This document shows positions 24,891 to 36,522 of a DNA stretch of 64,000 nucleotides, piece by piece. Location: positions 41,790,001 to 41,854,000 of the forward strand of contig OZ076409.1 in assembly GCA_964187785.1 (NCBI GenBank), written 5' to 3'. Numbering within the stretch: position 1 is the first letter of the stretch; the number at the start of each line of letters is the position of its first letter. Both the position numbers and the translations under genes were made by a program. The stretch comes from Amphiscolops sp. MND2022. Taxonomy: Eukaryota. A model generated the notes under the pieces. That model ran no database searches. It saw only the letters and a program-made list of their open reading frames with translations, and was not told the DNA's origin.

Positions 24891-26886
24891 GTTTTTTATT
24901 CGAATAATTTTGAGGATGTTCTTAACTGTTCTTGGCATACCCTCGTGTAACGCATTTTTCACGAGCTTCGCGCTGAATACAGTTTTTCGTTCTCCGCGTT
25001 CGTTTATTGGTATCTGGTATCATGAGCTCGAATTTGATGACATGAGTGAATATTTTACTTTGTCTTAAGATTCATTCTCTTCATTTATGTTTTTGTACTA
25101 GAAACTATTTGGGGTCTACGTTAAGCATAATTCATTTTTTGGACCTTCTAAAGATGGAATCATCATTCACCAAATCTCAATCGAAACCAAAGAATCCAAA
25201 AAATGCAGATCTATACAATAAAAATTATAGAAATACGTACGAATGGAATGAAATTGTTTAAAAGGTGTAGACATATATTGACTTAAGCACCGGCCCATGT
25301 CATTCATTTCTAAAATAGCATTAGAGTTATAATATCAAATAATAGCTTCTGTTAGTATACCTGCAAATAAACTTTTATACAATTGTGACCAGAACTGTGG
25401 AGATAATCTCGGAAAGACTTTTGCCAGGATAAAGTCCCTCTCGAAATATTTTTATTCGCAACTAAAAGTGACGTTTCCCGCAGCGTTATTTATGTGTCAA
25501 TACTTCCGCATGACCGCTCGTTCACGCGACGCCCTTTAGGACTGGCTGGATAAGAAATCTTCCAATCCACTGTTTTCAAAAATTATATGTAAATTAGTTC
25601 AGGTATTTTTAATTTGAAGGGCATTACCTGAAATATAATTAGCGCAATTAACTTTTCAACATATCCCAGGGCGATGCTTGAGTTCACTAGAACCAACAAG
25701 AAAAATACCAAAGTATCAAGTTTCCTATCACTAATTGATGCTTCTAATGTGAACATGCTTTTTAAAGTGAACAGAATGCGCCAATTGAAAATGTTTGCAG
25801 TTGCAGATCTGCAAGGGAGTAGCACTGACTTGGCTACTACTTTTGGATTTTAAAACATTTTAACAAAGGCAACGTGAAATTCCATTTATTTAGTTTATTG
25901 AATATTTGTTTGTTTCATTCCTCGAAATTGAAATAGACTGTACTTCTAGAGAACTACAAATCCAGGAAGTAGGGACAATCTTCGATATCAAGGCTTATAT
26001 CCATTTTTGAGAAGTTATCAGTGTGATATCCTTCAGACAGATGAAATATTTTGCAAAGAGCTGTTTGAAATGAAGGAGTAAGCTGAAAAAAGTTTTTATG
26101 ATGCATTATTGTAAAGTGTTCACAAGCAGAAAAATTGAGTTTGGTATGTATTACGAGATTCAACTTGGATGTACATAGCAAGCATTCAAAGTTTCTATGC
26201 AATCCTATTTAAGGCGGAAAAGATTTGAAATTCGAAAAACTGAAATAAATGAAAGAGATTGAACGGATTACCAAACTTAGTGATGATCAAATTACCATTT
26301 TTCTATCCCCATGAAAGTTTTTTTATTCTTGCAGTATTTTTGTGATTTGATGTCATTCTTATTTTATGTGGCTCCATGAAGATATATATTCTATTATTGA
26401 GTCCGGAGGGTTATGTTATTTACTTTGGTAGCATTTTCAGGACAGTTTTCGGCACCGCGTGGCCCGAAGCCGCAATGCTGCAGAACTAATATAGCTAAGT
26501 CAAAACATACGAAATGTAAGGGCTAATAGTGCAGAAGTAAATATGTGGACTGTCAACAAATAGATTGCAGGTTCGAATCACGATTTTGTATAAAAGATTC
26601 AATTTTTCCACCGGTGGATCTCCGGTTATCACCGCAAAAGTTGCAGATACCACCGCTCGATGGTTCAACGGTGGAACTTGGGTGGATCATCTGTGACAAC
26701 CAGTGGAGTGCGATGGATTCCCAACCAGGTTCCAAATAAAGTAACACAATTTACGGACCAACCAAGTTGACAAAGTCTTAAGGGGTTGTTTTTTGTGGGC
26801 GCTTTTTGGGTAAAACAAGCCGGGAACGGCCCCAGTCGACGCTATATCTAAGGATCAAAAATAGCGAAAGGACTTCAAAGTGTCAA

Positions 26887-27735
26887 GAAAACGTTATATC
26901 TGAACTTTGAAAACGTTATATAAGAACTTTGAAAACGTTATATCCGAACTTGGAAAACGTTACACCCAAACTTTGAAAACGTTATAACGGAACTTTGAAA
27001 ACGTTATATCCGAACTTTGAAAACGTTTAATCCGAACTTTGAAAACGTTACATATGAACTTTTAGCCCTAAACGACCCGGGCGTTTTTGCAATTTTTCAA
27101 AAAATTGGATTAAAAAATTTAAATTATCAATATCTCCACAACTACGCGTACCAGAGAAACGAACTATAGCGCGTTTGAAAAGTCTGATATTGGGCTTTCA
27201 TTTTGGTCAGGTGAGCCCCTGTCCCCGCGCGCCTCTCCTTTAGAATTTTAGTTTCTTTTTCCGGTACCGCTGCTTCGCGGCAATTCCGCACTTCGTGCGG
27301 CCCGCTGCGTGGGGGCTTGTAAAAACAACAGAATATTATTGGGATTTGGTGCGTAAGAACTTGTTGTGCAAGTGTATGGGGTTGGTTTTTGCTATGGGAC
27401 AGGAATTTTTGAGAAAACTGGACTTCGCCCAAAACTGAAATTTAGAAAACAAAACAATTTTTTGTGCAAAAAAACTCGTTTTTCTCAGTTTTGGAGACAT
27501 ATTCACTTTTCCTAATTCTTGTGCCATTCAAACCAATCTAGGTACCAAAGAAGTGTTGAAAAAAACTGTGCTAGAGAATATGGGCTACTTGAAAAAAAAG
27601 TTAGAAGTTGGAGAAAAAGGTATGTAACTTTAAAGTACCACTAGGTTGTTTAGGGTTAAAACGTTATCCGAACTTTGAAAACGTTACATTCAAACTTTGA
27701 AACGTTATATCCGAACTTTGAAAACTTTGAAAATG
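26887..27735. repeat. 22-bp minisatellite GAAAACGTTATATCCGAACTTT (8 units, then an insertion, then ~3 units)
   Basis: Adjacent units have no unique spacers; the array is split by the 27066-27655 insertion. Confidence 0.9.
27066..27655. mobile_element. piggyBac-like non-autonomous element (590 bp)
   Basis: TIRs CCCTAAACGACC / GGTTGTTTAGGG; flanked by TTAG (left, one mismatch) and TTAA (right); interrupts the minisatellite cleanly. Confidence 0.75.
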
Positions 27736-28487
27736 TTTGAACAAATGCACAAAAAGTGGACCATTCAGAGTGAACTGAGTATTCTCTTTTACAGTACCCG
27801 AAAAACCCAAAAGTTGGACCTAATTGTGCGCTAAAAGGGGATTTGCCCTTTCGGATTTTTTACATCCATTGTTGCAACAATCAAAAAATTGAAGGCAGAC
27901 CCTTTGGGGATTGTTTTCGAAAAAAGTCTCACAATGCCAAAAAACTGAAAGGGGGACCCTTTGGGACCTTTCAACATCCATTCTGTCGCCAAGCATCAAA
28001 AAAAGTGAAGGGGGATTCACAATGCCGAAACAACTGAAAGGGGACCCTTTAGTCTCGCCCGGAACTGTATGTTACGCGGTAAAACAGGAAAACTTTTTTC
28101 GTTCAGTTCGCTAGGCCAAATGGTTCAATTTGACGCCATAATATTTCGTAGAACTTTTGTAGAACTATTTTAGTCATTTCGTGTGGATTAAAAAAGTCTC
28201 TATAATAGTCGCATTTCAGTTCATGAAGCGCCGACTAATAAACAGAAAGCTTAGTAAAGACGCTTACAGTAATACCCACTGCAAGAGTGGGCACTTTTCT
28301 GGAAAAGGCGCCGACTTAAAAAAATAGAGAAACAAAGTGACAATTTTATCTTCAGCCTGACAATGAAACTACTTTTTTGTTCGACTCGTACTTTTTTGTT
28401 CGAGATTTTAGGAAGTCCCGTATCGTTAAGTAGGAACTCCAAACAAGGATTCAAAAGGTAATCTTTTTGGCCACCAGGGTATTTTGA

Positions 28488-29079
28488 TTTTCCATAAATT
28501 TATTAGCAGCGAATGGGTTTTTCGTTCGATTCGAAAAATCTCAAAAACGGATCCTGATTAATTTTTGAGACTTTGGGCGTTTTAAGCGGGTCGAATTAGG
28601 CCGGTTCTTGCTTGGTATCATCTACAAAACCCAGCGCCTTGAAATGATATCTTAATCATTATTGATTGAATTATTCAAGAGCTGAAGAGATACAAAAATG
28701 AAGAACATAAAATTCTTTTTTTTTGTTGAAAACAATTTAATGAATATACAGTGTCTTAAAGGAATTCATCTTAGGTGCCTGAACTTCAGGCAACTAAGAT
28801 GAATTCCTTTAAGACACTGTATATTCATTAAATTGTTTTCAACAAAAAGAAGAATTTTATGTTCTTCATTTTTGTATCTCTTCAGCTCTTGAATAATTCA
28901 ATCAATAATGATTAAGATATCATTTCAAGGCGCTGGGTTTTGTAGATGATACCAAGCAAGAACCGGCCTAATTCGACCCGCTTAAAACGCCCAAAGACTC
29001 AAAAATTAATCAGGATCCGTTTTTGAGATTTTTCAAATCGAACGAAAAACCCATTCGCTGCTAATAAATTTATGGAAAA
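28488..29079. repeat. Near-perfect long inverted repeat (two ~296-bp arms, 1-nt spacer at 28784)
   Basis: Centre is ...GCCTGAA-C-TTCAGGC...; the arms match out to TTTTCCATAAATT / AATTTATGGAAAA with only a handful of differences. Confidence 0.95.
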
Positions 29080-30468
29080 AACATTTGAAATGTACTTTTT
29101 TGACACCTGAGACGTCAAAGAAAATTAAGAAATGTTATTTTAGCTAAAAGTCAATGTTTCAAAGAAACGTACAATGATTTGCAAACCTTTTGTTTCAACT
29201 TACTGCAATCATTTTTAAAAAACTGAAAATAGTAGTTTTTGGTCTGAATAAATGATAGAAGAAAGAAGATAAGTCATTTCCCCAATTCCGTGGGGTGAAG
29301 CCTGATTAAGCAGTTCTGTTTTTCCGAGTCGGTGCCCTTTTGGATGCACCATGGTTCTTTGCGATAGAGCCTTAACCTTGAGCCCGAATGTTTGAAAAAC
29401 GTATTTGAAATTATAGCATGCGTTCCAAAGGTAGTTTGAAAATTCCTAACATGAAAACCAGTTCAAATCATTTCACTCATTTTGTCTCAAAGCAATAAAA
29501 AATTGAAAAACGAATCAGCACGTGGCGCAGCGGCATCGCAATTTTTTACCACTACTTGGCACAATATTTTAAAATAAACATTTAAGATTACATTTTAGTC
29601 ACAAAGTTCTGAAAAATGTCAAAAAAGGAATTGTGATGGCTTCTTGATAAATGGAATGTGTCACGAAACTATGGTTTTTTCTCTGTTTCTGGCAAACGAA
29701 AAAATGAAGGTCTATGCTGCACAAGTTCGTAGTTTAAAAAAGTTGTTTCGAAAATTTTTTGAAATGCTTTCTACTGGGGTTTTTGTGAAGAGAGAAATTA
29801 GAACCTCGGAGTTACTTTTTTCTCACGTTCACGCTGTAAAATCTACTTTTGTACTATTTGAGCATACGTATTGTAACGTGGTACATATTGAACTTATCCA
29901 AACAAATCTTTCCAATTGCAAACAGACCTATGCTCTTTTGTTAGGTGAACCAACAAATATCGTTCTCGGTGAAATTTCTAGGCTTCTGGCGCTCAAAAAA
30001 TCACCAGAAAGTATCCTCTTTGATTTCTTAAATACACTCAGGTGAGTATGTCTTGTCTTATTTGTCTCCATTAAGGGTATCACAATGAAAGGGAACTGAG
30101 GATGTAAATTGTCTGTTTCTCAAAAAGGTTATCGGCCGTTGCCTTTAATGCGAATCAATTTCTAATAAGGAGCAGATCATCTCCAGACGGTATGTATAGA
30201 TTGTTAGAATTACCAATAAATGCTATAGGCAAATGGCATAGGTAAAAGGTCAAATGAGTTCGTTCAATTTGGATTAACTTGTCGGTATTGACCTCTGCAT
30301 TGTTTAAACTTCATTTTCCTCTCTGGTGAGACATTGCTTCTTCTCCTAGTTCGCTTTCTACTTGGACCAGGTTTTGAATATTTGAGTCTGTTGAGACTAA
30401 CAAGTTGTTATCGTCAGTGTCCATAATTTCAATGGATGCGCTTCTTGTAACGTTTCAAACAATATGTT

Positions 30469-30570
30469 AAAAACTCCCGTAGTAAATTACGGTGTTATAC
30501 ATTAATCAACTAGGTAAAATTTTACCTAGTTGATTAATGTATAACACCGTAATTTACTACGGGAGTTTTT
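30469..30570. repeat. Perfect 102-bp palindrome
   Basis: AAAAACTCCCGTAG...CTAGGTAAAA|TTTTACCTAG...CTACGGGAGTTTTT, no spacer. Confidence 0.95.
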
Positions 30571-31285
30571 TTAGGTTAAAAAATCTGATGCTTTTACCTT
30601 TCTCCGGTAGTTTTCTGGTCAGGTTCTACTTAGTTATGGAGTCGCTCGATGATTGGGTAAGGTAGACAAGTTTTTCTTCTGTTTCCCCCGATTAGACTAG
30701 ACCGGATTTTTCGGTAATGGTCAGGAGGAGATCTGAGATGTTGTCTTCCATCTCTTCTAATTTTGTTTTTTTTCTTCTGTTTGTGAGCGAGGCTGCATTT
30801 GGGCATAAAACGAATTTCTGGGTCCATTGGTCCCTTTCATTTGTTCGAATGGTTGGGCTTTAAGTAAATTGGTTTTGACACCATTTTTTGTGTAACTTTT
30901 CTCCATTCTCCGTTACTACGGCATGACCGGTGTCTTCTACAATTTTGAATGGGTCTTTGTAAATTTTCCCTTAACTTTTCAACTCTAACTTCTGATTGCG
31001 GTAGATAAAGAAACCTGAAAATTCCTATTTTCCCAATGAAATGGAGTGAAATTTGTATTAAGTCGACAGTTTTTAACGTTAGCAATCACTCACTCAATTT
31101 CTGATCAACGTCACACGTGTAGCCGATTGGGCTGTGTCAAAAGACACAGGATCTGGGACCAATCTATTTTTTTAATGCTTCGAGGTTGTGTTACTGGAAT
31201 AATGAAAGCTAGAAGCATCCACAGCACAAAGATCACTTCCTTTTTTAAAGAAGATGAAGTGATTACAAAACGAGATTTGTTTCAG

Positions 31286-31594
31286 TTGGTAAGAATAATT
31301 GGGCCAATGGGATCACAGAAGCGAGAGGTCACACATTGCAGCCTCACTGCCGGTCTAGTGGTAAACAGAACCTGAAGCAGATCTCGGACTCAGTTGTGTT
31401 GGCCAACAATGGGGCCAGTTGTACCAACTACACACCCGTCATAACCCATGCCCCCAGTGAAGCTTGGGTGCCCCATACTCAACTAGCCCCCTCACAGAAG
31501 GGTCTCTACTCCTTCCCGAACTATAAGTGCCCCTCAGCCCAGTCTTTGACGAAGCGCAACGGCTGCGGGGGCGGCGGTGGCAGACAGTCTCCAG
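31286..31594 (+). CDS. Probable upstream coding exon of the DEG/ENaC channel gene (low-complexity cytoplasmic N-terminus)
   Basis: Acceptor TTGTTTCAG and donor CAG|GTACTT; GC-rich relative to the flanks; open frame GKNNWANG...GCGGGGGRQSP. Its phase-1 donor matches the phase-1 acceptor at 32945. Confidence 0.5.
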
Positions 31595-31707
31595 GTACTT
31601 TTGACATTCAAAGTTTAGCTAAAAATAAAAAAAATGGTCGTTTTCATTTAAAAACTGTCTGATTACTGAGCTATGCAGTAAGATTGGGAACGAAAAATGT
31701 TTCGATA

Positions 31708-32128
31708 TTTTAGTCGGCACTTTTCTGTGTTTTTTTTCGATACACCTGAAGTGACCAAAATTGTTCTACCAAAAGTTCTACAAAATTTTAAGGCGCCAAA
31801 TTGTACATTTTGGCCCAGGGAACTATAAGAGTTGTTCCTTTTTTTAGCATAACATACAAAACTGGACGAGACTGAAGGGCTTCTCAGTTTTTTTCGACAT
31901 TGTAAGATTTTTTCAAAAAAGTTTTTTTCCCAAAGCGTCAATTTTTCAATTTTTGATGATTGTTTTTGATGCGACAGAATTGATGAAAAATCTCAAAGGG
32001 TCCCCCTGGCGCGCCAATTCGGTCCAACTTTTGGGTTTTTAGGGTACTGTAGAAGAGAATACTTTGACAAATTCAAGTCATTCTGGTATTTTTGAGCCTT
32101 AGATATGGCGCCGACTTCCCGGTTTGCT
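31708..32128 (+). mobile_element. HINE family B copy (intronic)
   Basis: TTTAGTCGGCAC 5' subTIR; 3' TTTTGAGCCTTAGATATGGCGCCGACTT with a partly deleted hairpin. Confidence 0.75.
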
Positions 32129-32294
32129 TCTTTCTTTTTGACCGGCCTTTTTTAAACAAAAGAGCTCAAACTCTCAGCAAAGTTCATGTTAACACCAGTT
32201 AAAAGTTTAGAGTTGACGGTTGTAGAATATAGACTGAACATGAACTATTATGAACTTTTAACCGTCCTTGAGACCGGTACCCCTATTAACCATT

Positions 32295-32783
32295 AACAAG
32301 CCGGGACCGGCCCAAGTCGGCGCCATATCTAAGGCTCAAAAATAGCAAAAAGACTTCCAAGTGTCAAGTATTCTTTTACAGTACTCGAAAAAATTACATA
32401 CTCAAAAAAATGGACCGAGTGGCGCGCCGGGGCTGGCGCGCTAAAGTCTCACAATGCCGAAAAACTAAAAGGGGGACCCTTTGAGGTTTTTCAACATCCA
32501 TTTTGTCGGGGGACTCTTTGGGAAAATTTTTTTTCAAAAAAAGTCTCGCAGTGCCGAAAAAAATGAAAGGGGGGAGCCTTTGGTCTCGCCCGGTATGGTA
32601 TGTTACGCGGAAAAACAGGAAAAACCTTTTTGGTTCAGTTCGCTAGACCAAATAGTGCAATTTGGAGCAATAATATTTTGTAGAACTTTTGTAGAACTAT
32701 TTTGGTCAGTTCGTGTGGATAGAAAAGAAAAAAAAGAGTCACTATAATAGTCGCGTTTCACTTCATGAAGCGCCGACTAAAAA
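32295..32783 (-). mobile_element. HINE family B, complete copy (intronic)
   Basis: Minus strand reads TTTTTAGTCGGCGC...GCGCCGACT-TGG-GCCGGTCCCGGC-TTGTT: a subTIR pair, a 3' GC hairpin and a T-rich end. Confidence 0.85.
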
Positions 32784-32944
32784 CCGTCTGCCGATGATCG
32801 GTCGACATAGGGCTATCAATAGATATACATGTAGTTTCAGAGTATAGTAGAGTACAATTCATAACCTCCCGTGTTGACCATGGATATCTTAGTAAGATCT
32901 TAGATACATAAATAACCAAATATAAGTTTTGATATTCTTCCAAG

Positions 32945-33135
32945 GAGTGGAGGACTGTGGAGTAAAGGGGGTTGGCGGGTGCAGTGGGGGGCAAGTTAGC
33001 CTCCTAGCGGCCTTGAACGGCAACAACCAGTCAGTGAGGTCAATCATACCCCCTCTTCCCCCGGCAGCCGGGTCAAAAAACTCTAACGTCATGGATGAAC
33101 AAACTGTATTAGCAGCTGAACTTCATCAACTTGAG
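32945..33135 (+). CDS. DEG/ENaC gene exon (N-terminal region; first visible in-frame ATG at 33091)
   Basis: Acceptor TTCTTCCAAG (weak), donor GAG|GTTTGT in phase 0, in frame with the next exon; translates ...IIPPLPPAAGSKNSNVMDEQTVLAAELHQLE. Confidence 0.6.
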
Positions 33136-33419
33136 GTTTGTAAGAATAGAACTGAAGAAAAAAGCAACGAAAAAACTTGACATGAATGATTTTTTAAAGT
33201 GTAATGAACTAATTTCCTCAGAAACTTTTGAAGCATCTTGACTTTTTCCTCGGTCTCTACGGTGTTTTCTACAGGGAAGCATTTATTGTGAGATAAATTA
33301 CATCACAGATATCTTGAACCCCAGCTTGTAACATTCATGAATTTACTTTTTTTCAACTAGTCGGTATGTTATCCCCCAAGTTGTTGAATTTATTGTGATC
33401 ACGTGACTTATTGTTTCAG

Positions 33420-33542
33420 AACGAGGAGGAAAAACACCTGCGTAGAATGATGCACATAGACTCCTCTGACGACTGTACCACCCTTACTCGCCTCTTTTTC
33501 CAGGAAACCTCTATCGTGCACGGGGTCGCACGCGCCGCGAAG
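33420..33542 (+). CDS. DEG/ENaC gene exon containing the HG gating motif
   Basis: Acceptor TTGTTTCAG, donor AAG|GTCACC; 41 codons NEEEKHLRRMMHIDSSDDCTTLTRLFFQETSIVHGVARAAK, containing the pre-TM1 F...TS..HG motif. Confidence 0.82.
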
Positions 33543-33911
33543 GTCACCTCTCAACTATGATTACCAAAAATTTCACACCTTTTTTGCCAAGGTCAAAAAG
33601 CAAACTTGAACTTGAATTAACTTAGTGTAACTTAGGTAAATACTGGAATTTGATGCCCATAAGGTAACTTGTATCCGTTATTACGCAAATGGACAGAACA
33701 AATAACTTGTGCAACCTAATTTGTTGAACCAACTAAAAACAGCGACCCCAGAAGCAAAATTAATTGATGTATGATCTGATTTTTAAAAAAGTGATTCCTT
33801 CAAAATTTCTTCTGTTTCATTTTAGTTGCGGATGCAGTCAAATGATCAATAAATACTCAAATTCCTGATTTCATTATGAATTGTTTTTTTTTGGTAATCC
33901 ATGGTGACTAG

Positions 33912-34187
33912 GTTTCTTCCGATTATCGTCGCATTTTGTGGATAATTTTAGTGTTATGCTCTTTTTCCGGCTTCACTTTACAGACATGCAGTTTACTCAT
34001 AGATTATTTTGATTGGCCGGTGTCAGTAGTGACACAGATGGAAGATTCCAGAACCCTCACGTTTCCCGCCATTTCTATTTGCAACATGAACAAAATCAAG
34101 TCTTCTCTTTTGGATAACACCAGATTCGCTTCTTTGTACCAACTGGATAAGTACGCAGAAGAAGTTATTCCAAGTGCTTTATCTCAA
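33912..34187 (+). CDS. DEG/ENaC (amiloride-sensitive Na+ channel / ASIC / degenerin family) exon: TM1 and start of the extracellular domain
   Basis: VSSDYRRILWIILVLCSFSGFTLQTCSLLIDYFDWPVSVVTQMEDSRTLTFPAISICNMNKIKSS matches the family pattern RR..W, TM1, Y..(Y/W)PV and FPA(I/V)T/SICN.N. Acceptor GACTAG in phase 0; the donor CAA|GTTAGT is the best guess. Confidence 0.9.
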
Positions 34188-34669
34188 GTTAGTACAAACT
34201 ACCCTAGTACAAACTGTTTCGTGTAAACCCCCTACAAAAATGAATGTTTTTGGTACCTTTTGGTACCCTTCATCAAAATGTTTCGGTAGAAAAACAGCTG
34301 AGATATATACCGTTTCACTAAAAACAAAGAAATCGATCGAAAACATCTTTCCTGAATCTCAAGATCCGTCGATCCATGATATAATATCAAGTGTGGTCAG
34401 TTAGAGGCTGGATAAATTCGTGAAATTTCATATCTTGTACTTGTTCTGTTTTCTATATTTATTTGTTTATTCATCAAATGATAGGCACGATCCAGGTTTG
34501 AGTTGTGATAAAAATCGCAGTCCGATCTATCTAACGTTAATTTACAAAAAAACACACGACACATGACGATTCAATGTGATATTTTCATTTTTGGGAAGTA
34601 ATTACGAAATTTTCGGTTGTTGAGGTTCTCCGTATGACAGTTGTTAAGTTTTTATTAAACCTTGAAGAC

Positions 34670-36522
34670 CTTACCACATATCTCACAGAATTCTATAGTG
34701 TAAATTAACTGAGACTTTCTTCTAATTCATTTTGAGCAAAAAACAACTTCGTTCCAACTAAGCGTCAATAAAATGAAGTCATTACTTTAGATGTTTTAGC
34801 ACCTGCGTTTTTATTACCTCAATTAGCTTTCTATTTACTGTAAAAATTCTTCGGTTGTTTAAACACTGCATATTTGAGTTTTAGTTCAGGAATCGTGTGA
34901 AAAATTCGTATTTATCGGTCTTTCCAATTGCAGAAATCAAAGTGAATTTGGACATCCTGTATAAACAATGAATTTCCTTGGCACTTTTTATATGCTGTCT
35001 GAACTTACCCGAACCTCAACAAAAAAAAACAAAAAGTGACGTAAGAAGGTTTATTCATTCACTTTTGAATGGAAAGAGTCAACCTTTTGTTCCGGATGTC
35101 TGCGTAAATGTTAGCGGATCTTAACGAATTTCCCAAATTCATGAATAAAGTTTCCTAAATCGTTGTCGCTGGCAGAGTTTATTCAGAACAAACTGTCAAC
35201 ATTGAAAAAAGAATGCCAAATTGGCAAGATAGATCTGATTCCTGAGATAGTTATTGTTTTTTTCGCTTCCAGATCGTGACATACTAAGGATTTTGTGATT
35301 TCAAAATTGCAAGGAAAAGTTCGAAATGAAATTTTAAAAGTTTCTTGGCTCTGCACACTGGAAAGCTTTAAAAGCAACTTTTTCATATTTCCAAAGAATT
35401 TGAAGGTTTTACAGGAATTAAAATATTTTTTGGTTCGTTATTCGGCAAAATGTTTAAGTTACGGGGAACGTATTTTTTGTTCAGAATTTCTATTGAGCGT
35501 GAAATACTTATTCCTGAAACAATTCAAGAAAAACTGAATTTCTGATAAAATGGAAAGAAGCGTCATTAGTCAAGGGACTCGTTGGTTGCTTTTTTAGTTC
35601 CTTAATTTGGGCGAAAGCCACCAGCGTATGTCGATATGTGATAGTTCATAAAATAACAAGCCATGAACGGTTCAAGTCTCGAAAAAACGGAGTCTTTTGA
35701 ATATGCTCATGGACAATTGTTGAGAAACAATCATTGAGATCATAGTGCCAAAAAGTGCCCAAACGGGACTTTGTGAGACAGAGAAGTGCTTCTCAATACC
35801 TGAAACATCAATAAAACCCAATTTTGTGTAAATTAATAAATTCCCTGATGTTTTCTCCAAATTTTTTTTTTTCAGTTACAAGTCCAAGAGTGCCAAAAAT
35901 CCAAATATGCCAGACTGTTTTGGTCATTTTTGTTACTGCTGCTTTGCCCAATGCTCAGATGAATATATCTATTATCTTTACTTCTAATTGAGCTCTATAT
36001 TGGGACAGGATTTCCTGATCGTTCGTCATCATCTTTAGATCTATGTCTCGGGTCATCTTGACATATTTGATGAATCTCTTCCACGAGAGTTTCGCTTCTT
36101 GTATGGTCTTCTCAAAGGTCGGTAAGGTGATCTTTTGATGTTGTTTTGTTCGTCTTTTTTTATCGGATTCTTCACTTGAAGAAATCAGTCCCGCTTGGCC
36201 GTTCGTAATAATTTTTGAGCTGTTTGAAGTCACTCTGACTGCTGCACCATGTTGTATCTCAATGTAAAGGAAATCAATTGGGAATGTAATATGGTATTCA
36301 AGCATTTTTCGTCACCATTAATGATACGATTACATTGCTATCAGAATAGGCAGGTACATACTTAATAATAGAGTTTAGGTCCAATGTAATTGCGTAATCT
36401 ATATGTAAATGACCTCTAAGTCCCTTGCAACACTCCCCTCTCTTCAGATAAATTTCGATTGCATGTTTAGTTTTTCTGTCATATAAATGAATAGTGTTTC
36501 ACATGTAACTCAAATGAACTTA
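34670..36522 (+). repeat. Segmental duplication copy 1 (partner 44348-45983)
   Basis: Colinear similarity from CTTACCACA.ATCTCACAGAA to CATGTAACTCAAAT.AACTTAA, with substitutions and indels. Confidence 0.88.
35915..36522 (-). mobile_element. Mag-like Gypsy junction fragment: 3' UTR, PPT, LTR (36322-36432), PBS and gag 5' end
   Basis: PPT GAAGAGAGGGGAG precedes TGTTGCA...; PBS TGGTGACGAAAAA at 36305-36317; ORF 35955-36305 (KITLPTFEKTIQEAKLSWKRFIKYVKMTRDIDL) matches the gag start at 50700-51100. Confidence 0.82.

Larger units (their letters stand above)
26814..28240 (-). mobile_element. HINE family B element carrying a 22-bp minisatellite and a nested piggyBac-like MITE
   Basis: Left end AACAAGCCGGGAACGGC-CCCAGTCGACGC (3' hairpin plus subTIR, reversed); right end TTCATGAAGCGCCGACTAA (5' subTIR). 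Confidence 0.8.

Noticed and set aside
26521..26590. tRNA-like sequence with B-box GGTTCGAATC
   Set aside because: No convincing acceptor stem or cloverleaf; at most a decayed SINE head or tRNA pseudogene.
26887..27735. 22-bp repeats resembling a CRISPR array
   Set aside because: Units are head-to-tail with no unique spacers, there are no cas genes, and the context is eukaryotic; it is a minisatellite.
29945..30047. Strong donor CTCAG|GTGAGT as a possible first coding exon of the channel gene
   Set aside because: The phase-1 frame needed to join exon 31286 contains a stop (TAA); it could only be a UTR exon.
30050..31085. Minus-strand fragments that might be LINE ORF1 or Penelope N-terminal relics
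   Set aside because: No diagnostic motif survives, so it is too degenerate to call.
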